Origin: Bacteroidales bacterium
GTDB taxonomy: Bacteria > Bacteroidota > Bacteroidia > Bacteroidales > WCHB1-69
NCBI GenBank assembly: GCA_016285145.1
Contig: JAEEQE010000002.1
Location: 73,201 to 137,200, forward strand
Direction: 5' to 3'
DNA: 64,000 bases
Shown here: positions 58,101-64,000 of the stretch, in pieces
Numbering within the stretch: position 1 is the stretch's first letter
How the letters are laid out: each line of letters starts with the position of its first letter
Translations under genes and position numbers: made by a program
The notes under the pieces: generated by a model
Database searches by the model: none
The model's input: only the letters and a program-made list of their open reading frames with translations
Told to the model about the DNA's origin: nothing

Positions 58101-60755
58101 AACTACTCCACCTCAAGCGCTTATCCGTACATGTCCTCCACTGGAAATGGAACCCTCTATTTCTATGCTACTTCATCCACCTATAATATCGCTATGACAC
58201 CCGAATTGAACGGAAACCTGAGCACATTGGGTGTGAGCTTCATGCTGCGTTCATCCAACATCAACAATGGTTTGATCGTGGGTGTGATGGATGCTCCTGC
58301 CAACCTCAACAGTTTCGTGGCGGTTGATACCGTTTTCTGCACTCAGTCCGATGTGATGCAGTATGTGGAGGTGTATCTGGACAGCTATGCCGGCACTGGC
58401 AGATATGTGGCTTTCAAAACGCACATGGTTTCATCTGGAAACTTCTATATGGATGATCTTCTTATTGACGTTCTGCCTACCTGTAAGATGCCGACTGGTC
58501 TCGCCATGCAAAGCTCCACGCAGAATTCTGTCACGTTGGAATGGACGGAGAGAGGCTCCGCCACCAGCTGGAACGTGGAGTACGGCCCGACCGGATTCAC
58601 CCAAGGAACGGGTACGACGGTACAAGCCAACTCAAATCCGTTTACTGTTACGGGCTTGACAGCCAGTACGGTTTACGATTTCTATGTACAGTCTGACTGC
58701 TCGGGTGGCGATACGAGCGTATGGACCCCGAAGGTTACTGCTGCCACCCAGTGTGATTTGATCACTCAAATCCCGTTCGCGGAGAACTTTGACATGTACA
58801 CAGGAACTTCATCCACGTCGGCAAGCACGAACAACCTGCCGATATGCTGGGCTTATCTCAACAATGGCACCAGCACATCCTATTCCGGTTATCCGATTGT
58901 TTACAACAGTTCCAGCTCTGCCGCCTCCGGAAGCAATTCCATACGATTCTATACGTACACATCGGTTGGGTCATACGATGACCAGATGGCCATTCTGCCG
59001 CAGATTGATGTGGTGCAGAATCCGATGAACACGCTTCAGCTTTCCTTCGATGCCCGTAACAATTCCTCCTATACCTTCCAGTTGGTGGTGGGTATCATCA
59101 GCGATCCTACGGACAAGACCACATTCGTGCCGATTGACACGATTGTGACGACATCGAACACGTATGCCAACTATGAAATCCCGTTCAGCCAGTACACCGG
59201 AACCGGTGCCTATATCGCCATGATGGCTCCGAGACCTTCCTCCAGTTACAATGCCGGCTATGTGGATAATATCCGTGTGGAATACATACCGACCTGTCCG
59301 AAACCGAGAAATCTGACGGTTACCAACGTAACGTCAAATTCTGTGACCTTAAGTTGGACGGAAATCGGAACCACCCAAAACTGGAATGTGGAGTATGGTC
59401 CGACAGGCTTTACGCCGGGTGCAGGTACAACAGTGCCAGTACAAGGTACGCCTTCCACCATCATCAACAACCTTTCTGCTTCAATGTATGACTTCTACGT
59501 GCAGTCTGATTGTGGAAGCGGTGACACCAGCTATTGGGTAGGACCTGTCACGGCCGCTCCGGGTTCCATCAATATTCCGGCCACTGGTTCGCAGACCGTT
59601 AACATGTGTGGTGGTATCATTTTTGACGATGGTGGTGCCACAGGCAACTACTCCACCTCCTGCAATTCCACGGTGGTGATCAATCCAGATGCTCCAGGAA
59701 TGATGGTGCAAGTTTCCGGTACGTATGATGTTGAGTCTGGTTATGATTATCTGACCATTTATGATGGTTCCAGCGCTTCCGGCACGCCGTTGTTTGTCAG
59801 TTCCGTTGACTACGACGATCCAGATAGCGGCACTATTCCTACAGTGACCTCCACCACGGGACCGCTCACCATTACTTTCACTTCTGACGGTTCAGTGGTT
59901 TATGGTGGTTTCGAGCTCCATGTTTCCTGTGTCGGTGGTGGCGGTTCTGATTCTTGCGTTGTGCCTACGGGTCTTGTCGTCGGCAACCTGGCTCAGACCA
60001 CAGCCACGGCCAACTGGGCAGCAGGTGGCACCGAGACAGCTTGGGATATCCAGTACAGGGAACACAATGCTCCCACATGGGGTAACACCATTCCGGTACA
60101 GGCACCCACTTACAACTTCACGGGTCTCACCGCCGCTACGCAGTATGACGTGCGTGTGCGTGCCAACTGCGGTGGCAACAACACTTCCGATTGGAGCACT
60201 GCTGTAACCTTCCAGACCCTCGCCCAGGGCCAGGATCCGTGCAACGACCCGACCGGCTTGACTGCCACGAATGTGACGACCAACAGTGTGGTGCTTGACT
60301 GGACGGAGAACGGCACGGCCACCACTTGGACTGTCAACTACAAGGAGGCTGATGCTGCCAATATGTCCACGGCCACGGCTAACGCCCATCCTTATACGCT
60401 CACAGGTCTGCAACCGGGAACATCCTATTCCGTGTATGTGATCGCCAACTGCGCCAACGGCCAGAGCGGTGCCTCCAATACGGTGACGTTCACCACGCAG
60501 ACTGTTGGCATTGATAGCTACGAACAAGCTATCAGCCTCTACCCGAACCCGAACAACGGACAGTTTACAATTAATAATGAACAATTTACAATTAACAATG
60601 TAGATGTTTATGATGTTTATGGCAAACTGTTGAAGACGGTTGAGGTGAACAGCAACACGGCCGTCATCGATGCCCAGGAGCTCTCCGCGGGCATGTACTT
60701 CGTGCGCATCAGCACCGAGAAGGGCGTTGTGACGAAATCCTTCGTGAAGAAGTAA
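52131..60755 (+). CDS. giant T9SS-secreted modular surface protein (2,874 aa) built from FN3 domains, cleaved-adhesin/choice-of-anchor-J-like modules, three copies of an unassigned ~185-aa module, one CUB domain and a type-A CTD
   Basis: The ATG at 52131 gives MKKFLLVLMLFCTSMFTLKLSAQ. It has repeated C...P..L.V...T..S..L.W...Y.V.Y FN3 units and (I/L)PY.E.F(D/E)...CW modules. The CUB-like segment is CGGIIFDDGGATGNYS...YDYLTIYDGSS...GFELHVSC. The CTD is ISLYPNPNNGQFTINN...GMYFVRISTEKGVVTKSFVKK. Confidence 0.85.
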   Translation: MKKFLLVLMLFCTSMFTLKLSAQMTLTVADGTTTNSYVPVYGFYMDAYLRAQIIYPSSMMAGMTGSTINQMTFYLSQSPSDTWTTVMHVKMGISSDATFSGTAFLPAPSETVYTGTLTVANGQMTVTFSNPFVYTGGNLLVEFVTQSEGNYSSAYFYGISSTGSSLQGYSYTDVASISPSSRDFIPKTTFTYAQMSLTCPSPSDLMVSDITSTEATFSWTTGGTETTWDVFLTDSIMQPDSNTVPTDIATDTFYTFYNLIPNTVYHAYVRANCGGGDYSYWRSTTFRTNCSSEIVIPYLEDFENDGTGAGAHPICWNMVSNAAPANQPYIYTVNHTSGSNSLYINSTPSEYTYMVLPAVESSYSMNQMMLTFDYARLNANYNTKLIVGVMEDDSTISTFVPVDTLMPESSTYWLSAEVYFDNYTGTGRNIAILTDGRHQLTNNTFCLDYLEVKPVPSCRRPGNVHIVSSSEGSVTIEWDGNANQYEISFVDTLGLDPDSIGNLGFSYISTSNNPYTFSNLISGKEYDFFVRGVCGNDRSEWSDRLRFIAPCGEITSLPYVQTFDIEANGARPECMTTISNSYVNVPNVSNHTLYFYTQNNNTQYAVFRPLASSITVSDLEMKFKGYTATSGQMIKVGVMTDPFDESTFELVETFMPSATSTWEDHTTFFDNYTGNGKYIAFCYANPTSVYSFYVDSVVIDNMATCFVPRNVEANNVTGSSAYLTWEPGLRELQTNYTLEYSEQGQNQWTPVTVNDNNYLLGGLTQVTAYEVRVRSNCPLSNSDYVYVNFVTGCNAGGEVTVGNGTTTEYYYPVNNYYNYTYTQQLFLASELNGAADFHSIAFDYAYATPSTAKTSVNIYLGHTPATTLTTSDLVPFDSLHLVYSGPLNCQQGWNTFNFDSIFHYNGTDNLVVAVDDNSGDYDGNSYTFHAHDAGGTRTVYYYSDSNNPDPQNPSSFSGSKSTASNRSNVIFGGNCDSTATCIAPNVIVNNITDVTADVQIAAGTTETSWTVEYKTDADTLWTSLGSVNASSIPVTLTSLTPNTLYNVRVQSNCSPTESSDWATTSFTTECAVISQLSYTENFDSYTTSGSGAYPDCWHILSNYSSSNYPYLSTISSGAGTRSLYIYSTGNYYSAAILPTIDATLIQINQTMLSMKLRKTSNNYFIKVGVLSDLTDFNTFEEVAVLSPQTTNDWEQFFVSFGNYTGTGTYIALVSYNEAGLASYMYVDEVALEDLPNCFVPTSLTVTEVTQSSISLQWNGNGAQEFEVVAVPSGSTLANEIDNGNIISAYDDSITVTNLISSTLYTIYVRSNCGFESSSWANTTARTVQVPAALPWECDFESNNPGFDFVNGSSSNKWCIGTATNNGGTHSLYISNDNGVSNTYTSNSSAVWAYRDIYFPACPDGYIFSFDWKSTGESSFDYMMVFLGDPVDIAPNSTGAPAGSITMTAGTNSSYPTYFNTNSSYLTFNTTIPGMTTGAIKRLFFYWRDDSSVQNNPPASVDNISITPIYCTAPSNLTITNVGTDGATLTWTTPATVNNCVVYYKSDEDTAWTIENTASSPYTLSGLMQSTHYTVRVASDCGDGEHVSPVISGTFTTICDCSPVENLTVSQIVGTSAMLTWSNGPNGTASSYTVEYSEANQNNWIPAATNLTTPMYLLGGLDPGTAYDVRVKVFCNDNTESIWIVEHFITGCLAGGEVAVGNGTNVESYFPCYSCYNYCLTEQLYISSEIGGAGNIRSISFNASSVTATPRNWAVYLMPTTQTSLTGFVNMGTTAVKVYEGPVNITEGWFTINFTTLFPYDGTSNLILAIDDNTGSWTCSNSFYNHVNPHGNSYYYYIDDASLNPNPSSATSSSPSSSTYRANVIFGMPCDSNATCVAPNMYVNNVTAYSADVNWVAGYLEGAWEMEYALYGDSVWTPVSNPTGFTAAITQLTPATHYQVRMRSDCGSEYSSWVSADFTTECAAFPIPFSQNFTAQTYGSDVYPQCWTRDDNYSTSSAYPYMSSTGNGTLYFYATSSTYNIAMTPELNGNLSTLGVSFMLRSSNINNGLIVGVMDAPANLNSFVAVDTVFCTQSDVMQYVEVYLDSYAGTGRYVAFKTHMVSSGNFYMDDLLIDVLPTCKMPTGLAMQSSTQNSVTLEWTERGSATSWNVEYGPTGFTQGTGTTVQANSNPFTVTGLTASTVYDFYVQSDCSGGDTSVWTPKVTAATQCDLITQIPFAENFDMYTGTSSTSASTNNLPICWAYLNNGTSTSYSGYPIVYNSSSSAASGSNSIRFYTYTSVGSYDDQMAILPQIDVVQNPMNTLQLSFDARNNSSYTFQLVVGIISDPTDKTTFVPIDTIVTTSNTYANYEIPFSQYTGTGAYIAMMAPRPSSSYNAGYVDNIRVEYIPTCPKPRNLTVTNVTSNSVTLSWTEIGTTQNWNVEYGPTGFTPGAGTTVPVQGTPSTIINNLSASMYDFYVQSDCGSGDTSYWVGPVTAAPGSINIPATGSQTVNMCGGIIFDDGGATGNYSTSCNSTVVINPDAPGMMVQVSGTYDVESGYDYLTIYDGSSASGTPLFVSSVDYDDPDSGTIPTVTSTTGPLTITFTSDGSVVYGGFELHVSCVGGGGSDSCVVPTGLVVGNLAQTTATANWAAGGTETAWDIQYREHNAPTWGNTIPVQAPTYNFTGLTAATQYDVRVRANCGGNNTSDWSTAVTFQTLAQGQDPCNDPTGLTATNVTTNSVVLDWTENGTATTWTVNYKEADAANMSTATANAHPYTLTGLQPGTSYSVYVIANCANGQSGASNTVTFTTQTVGIDSYEQAISLYPNPNNGQFTINNEQFTINNVDVYDVYGKLLKTVEVNSNTAVIDAQELSAGMYFVRISTEKGVVTKSFVKK

Positions 60756-60786
60756 TCTTCATCACTGATAATTATTACCTGCAAAG

Positions 60787-60819
60787 GGAGTCGATGCCGG
60801 AAGGTGTCGGCTCCTTTTT
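60787..60819 (+). terminator. intrinsic terminator of giant gene B
   Basis: GGAGTCGATGCC-ggaa-GGTGTCGGCTCC forms a 12-bp stem with 3 G-U pairs, followed by TTTTT. Confidence 0.65.
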
Positions 60820-60831
60820 CGTTTAGATGTT

Positions 60832-60908
60832 GAGTTAAGGTGTTAAGGAGTTAAGAAACTAAGAAGTTAAGGAGCTAAGGGCCAATAGCCAATAGCTAAC
60901 GGCCAATG
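60832..60908. repeat. degenerate 8-nt periodic tract (nnnTTAAG x6, then GCCAATAG-like x3)
   Basis: gagttaag gtgttaag gagttaag aaactaag aagttaag gagctaag ggccaata gccaatag ctaacggc caatg. It lies between the terminator of gene B and the promoter of gene C. Confidence 0.6.
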
Positions 60909-60972
60909 TACGTTGTTCCCTTTTAATATGTTAAAAAAACCTCTTGCACAAGGGTTGTACGCTTTTATTTCG

Positions 60973-60980
60973 TACTTTTG
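60973..60980 (+). promoter_or_regulatory. candidate -7 box (TACTTTTG) for giant gene C
   Basis: TAnnTTTG match 69 nt upstream of the ATG at 61050. Confidence 0.45.
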
Positions 60981-61049
60981 CAGCCTTAATTGGAAAAATA
61001 GGAAAAGGAAAAAATTTTTTTATAACATGTTTAACTTAAAATTTTTATT

Positions 61050-64000
61050 ATGAAAAAGATTCTACAAAATGTCAGAATGCTGCTGATGGTTTTGGCGGTT
61101 GTTCTGATGTCGTGGTCGCTGCGTGCGCAGGTGACTATCCCTTACACGATGGACTTCGAGGACCAGACCGCCTTCAGTGCCTGGACCATGTCCAATTGTG
61201 AGTCCGGCACAGGACTCGATTCATATGCTGCTCATGCAGGTTTATACGGATTTATGTTTGAATATACCCCAAACTATCCGCAGTACCTTATTTCACCTCA
61301 GTTTGTGGCCAGTTCGAATCCTCTTCAAGTGGAGTTTTATTATACAAATAACTCCACATATTATGTAGAGACATTCCATGTGGGATATTCCACCACTACA
61401 AATGATGTCACTGCTTTCACGTGGGGACCGGAAATTTCTGTGGGTAATGGAGGTACTTGGCTGCAGTACACCGGCACCATTCCTGCCGGAGCCAAGTATA
61501 TTGCCATCAAATGCACTTCCGATGACCAATACTATTTATATATTGATGATATAACCATTGCCAATCCGCCTACCTGTATTGCCCCGTCTTCACCTCAAGT
61601 GTTGAGTATCACCCCTAATTCCGCCGATATTTTCTGGACATCCAACGGTACGGAAACGGAATGGGAAGTTATGGTTAACAACGTGTCGGAATTCGCATAC
61701 GACACAACACATACCCTCTATAATCTTACTCCGGAAACCAACTATACAGTAAAGGTCCGCGCCATCTGCAGTGTGGGTGACACCTCTGCATGGAGCCCCA
61801 CGTTGAATCTTTATACGGGTTATTGCCAGCCCAGTCCTTCCTCTGTGGATAATTCTGGTATTACCAATGTTACGTTTGGTGTAGGTACAGAGGTGGTGAA
61901 CAACAGTCCTGCCAACTCCAACAATGTCCATTATGGCAACTATTCAACCCAAGTGGGTGCGGTGCCTGCCGGAACCAATGCCAACGTGGACATTACGTAC
62001 GGTACGGGTTACACCTACGGAACACTTATCTGGGTGGACTGGAACAACAACATGGTGTTTGATGACAATGAGGTTGTTTATACGGGTACGAGCACGAGTT
62101 CGAGTCCTACCACGCTTAATGCATCATTCATGGTTCCTGCCACGCAGGATACGGGCCTCTACCGTATGCGTATCGGTGGTGCGGACAGCTATTTTGACAG
62201 CTATATTAGTGGTAACACAACAGCCGCTCATAATCCTTGTGCCTCCTCTACCTACATGGTGTTCCACGATTACACCCTGCATGTGATTGATGCTCCGAGC
62301 TGTTTCCCTGTAACCAATCTTGTGGTGGATTCCACTACTTCCAGCAGTGTCTTTTTGAGCTGGACAGATGCCAACAATACGGGTGCCACCTACACTATTT
62401 ATAATATGGATGACAACAGCATGGTGATTAGCGGTCTTTCCGCCACTGATTATGAAGTCACCAACCTTAACGCCAACACGTTGTATAATTTCGGCGTTGC
62501 TGCAGACTGTGGTGGTGTTGACCTCTCGTTCTTTTCTTCGGTAAGTGGACGCACCCAATGTGGTATGGTTTCCACGCTGCCCTACAGTTGTGGTTTTGAA
62601 TCTAATGAAATTCCCACTTCAGGCAGTTACCTGATGCCGTATTGCTGGAGCAAATATAATGATGCCACGGGTACCTCCAACTATTATCCCTATTCTTACA
62701 ACTCATATGCCCGTACAGGTAGCCGTTCGCTTTATTTCTATTGTAGTACAACAACAACCTATGCCGACACGATGATGGCTGTTTTGCCGCAAGTGGATGT
62801 TACGGCCTATCCTATGAATGGCAATCAATTGAGCTTCTGGATGCGCACAAGCACCTCTTCTTATACGTATAACGTATTGGTGGGAACCTTGAGTGATCCG
62901 ACTGATCCTTCCACTTTTGTGGCTGACGCCACAATACCGGTTACGGGCACCACTTACAACCGTTATGATGTGAATCTTACAAATGCCCCTTCAACGAATA
63001 GCTACGCTGCCATTTTGGTGCCTCGTGCTGCAAACAGTGGTTCTGTTTATATTGATGACATCGTATTGCAAGAAATTCCTTCTTGTTTCTATGTCACGAA
63101 TCTTACTGTGGACAGTGCAACATCCAACAGCCTCTTCTTGAGCTGGACGGATGCCAACAATACGGGTGCCACCTATACTATTTATAATATGGCCGACTCC
63201 AGCGTGGTGGCCAGCTATGTTAGCGATAATAACTATGAGGTGACGAACCTTAACCCCAATACGGTTTATTCGATCGGTGTTGTGGCCGATTGCGGTGGTG
63301 GCGACTTGGCTGAAATGACAGTTGTTAGTGGCCGTACAGATTGCGGAATTATGAATGTTCCCTATACAGAGGGCTTTGAAGGAATGACCACGGGAGTTGC
63401 TCCTGTCTGTTGGACGCACTTGACTCCGGTCAGCACAAACGACAACTACTTTGCCGTTGTGGCCTCCACAGTGCATACTGGTTCTAATGCTCTTCGTTTC
63501 AACTATGGCAATCCTTCAGGCAACTACGCTCTGCTGCCTGAATTCAATGAGCCGACAGACAACCTTCGTATCCGTTTCTGGCACAGAGCTGAAAGTGCCA
63601 CGATTACAGGATGCGGTGTGCTTGAAATTGGCTATATGACCAATCCTACTGATACTGGTTCTTTCGTGGTTTTGGACACTCTTCCGCAGGTTGCCACCTA
63701 TACGGAGGCTACAGTCAGCTTTGACAATGCTCCTTCCACTGCCCGTATCGCTTTCCGTCATCGCGCTGTCACCACGAACTGGTATTGGAACATTGACGAT
63801 GTGGTGGTTGAGTTGCAACCCGTATGTCCTGATGTCACCGGTCTGGCCGTTGATTTTGTTACGCCTAACAGTGTAACCTTCCATTGGAACGGTACTACCG
63901 CCGACTATTATGAAACTGTGCTTCTTTCAGCAAATAATAGTGTTGTGGCCACCGATATGGTGTATTCCGACACAACAGGGACGTTCTCCAATCTTACTCC
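61050..64000 (+). CDS. third giant modular surface protein, 3' end beyond the window (>983 codons): cleaved-adhesin-like modules, FN3 domains and a GEVED-like domain
   Basis: My own translation from the ATG at 61050 gives MKKILQNVRMLLMVLAVVLMSWSLRAQVTIPYTMDFEDQTAFSAWT...AKYIAIKCTSDDQYYLYIDDITIANPPTC, then FN3 (SADIFWTSNGTETEWEV...YTVKVRAIC). A GEVED-like segment follows (GYCQPSPSSVDNSGITNVTFG...LIWVDWNNNMVFDDNEVV...GLYRMRIGG), then two 261-codon [FN3 + module] cassettes. The frame is open to the window end. It is absent from the ORF track because it has no stop. Confidence 0.8.
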   Translation, partial: MKKILQNVRMLLMVLAVVLMSWSLRAQVTIPYTMDFEDQTAFSAWTMSNCESGTGLDSYAAHAGLYGFMFEYTPNYPQYLISPQFVASSNPLQVEFYYTNNSTYYVETFHVGYSTTTNDVTAFTWGPEISVGNGGTWLQYTGTIPAGAKYIAIKCTSDDQYYLYIDDITIANPPTCIAPSSPQVLSITPNSADIFWTSNGTETEWEVMVNNVSEFAYDTTHTLYNLTPETNYTVKVRAICSVGDTSAWSPTLNLYTGYCQPSPSSVDNSGITNVTFGVGTEVVNNSPANSNNVHYGNYSTQVGAVPAGTNANVDITYGTGYTYGTLIWVDWNNNMVFDDNEVVYTGTSTSSSPTTLNASFMVPATQDTGLYRMRIGGADSYFDSYISGNTTAAHNPCASSTYMVFHDYTLHVIDAPSCFPVTNLVVDSTTSSSVFLSWTDANNTGATYTIYNMDDNSMVISGLSATDYEVTNLNANTLYNFGVAADCGGVDLSFFSSVSGRTQCGMVSTLPYSCGFESNEIPTSGSYLMPYCWSKYNDATGTSNYYPYSYNSYARTGSRSLYFYCSTTTTYADTMMAVLPQVDVTAYPMNGNQLSFWMRTSTSSYTYNVLVGTLSDPTDPSTFVADATIPVTGTTYNRYDVNLTNAPSTNSYAAILVPRAANSGSVYIDDIVLQEIPSCFYVTNLTVDSATSNSLFLSWTDANNTGATYTIYNMADSSVVASYVSDNNYEVTNLNPNTVYSIGVVADCGGGDLAEMTVVSGRTDCGIMNVPYTEGFEGMTTGVAPVCWTHLTPVSTNDNYFAVVASTVHTGSNALRFNYGNPSGNYALLPEFNEPTDNLRIRFWHRAESATITGCGVLEIGYMTNPTDTGSFVVLDTLPQVATYTEATVSFDNAPSTARIAFRHRAVTTNWYWNIDDVVVELQPVCPDVTGLAVDFVTPNSVTFHWNGTTADYYETVLLSANNSVVATDMVYSDTTGTFSNLT

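Noticed and set aside
60832-60908. Short periodic repeats (also at 15114..15190 and 18661..18709) considered as a CRISPR array
   Set aside because: The units are 7-8 nt with no spacers and no cas genes, so this is not CRISPR.
62355-63192. A diversity-generating retroelement (template/variable repeat pair) acting on the giant genes
   Set aside because: No reverse transcriptase gene lies in the window. The two mismatches between the 55-bp copies (A/G and C/T) do not follow an adenine-specific pattern.

Overview
The window looks like a chromosomal segment of a Bacteroidota, probably Bacteroidales-like, genome. Three things support this: TAnnTTTG -7 promoter boxes sit 15-30 nt upstream of most start codons, several proteins end in T9SS type-A C-terminal sorting domains, and an SprA/Sov translocon gene is present. 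Housekeeping genes are purB, purD, purM, queA, ruvA, a uvrD-like helicase, aspS, pepT, a pepP-like aminopeptidase, trkA/trkH, tRNA-Asp and tRNA-Glu. They are interleaved with a large type IX secretion (T9SS) gene set. This set has the 2,420-codon sprA translocon gene, a C10 (streptopain-like) protease with CUB domains and a T9SS tail, and three giant paralogous modular surface-protein genes. These are 1252..8631 on the minus strand, 52131..60755 on the plus strand, and 61050..>64000 on the plus strand. Together they occupy about 19 kb, roughly 30% of the window. Each is built from cysteine-delimited cassettes that alternate FN3 domains with about 180-aa 'PYxE(N)FD...CW' modules resembling cleaved-adhesin or choice-of-anchor-J domains. 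A Wzz-like gene and an O-antigen-ligase-like gene lie immediately upstream of the tandem giant genes. The one clearly accessory segment is a roughly 4.1-kb decayed islet inserted in the 3' end of tRNA-Asp and bounded by 63-bp direct repeats. It carries an intact AbiEi/AbiEii pair, a multiply disrupted AAA ATPase gene and a 5'-truncated tyrosine integrase. I found no CRISPR array, rRNA or intact transposase. The giant cassette-built T9SS cargo genes and their secretion and anchoring neighbourhood are the best candidate for something novel, but their function cannot be read from the sequence. All family assignments come from motif recognition by eye, not from database searches.
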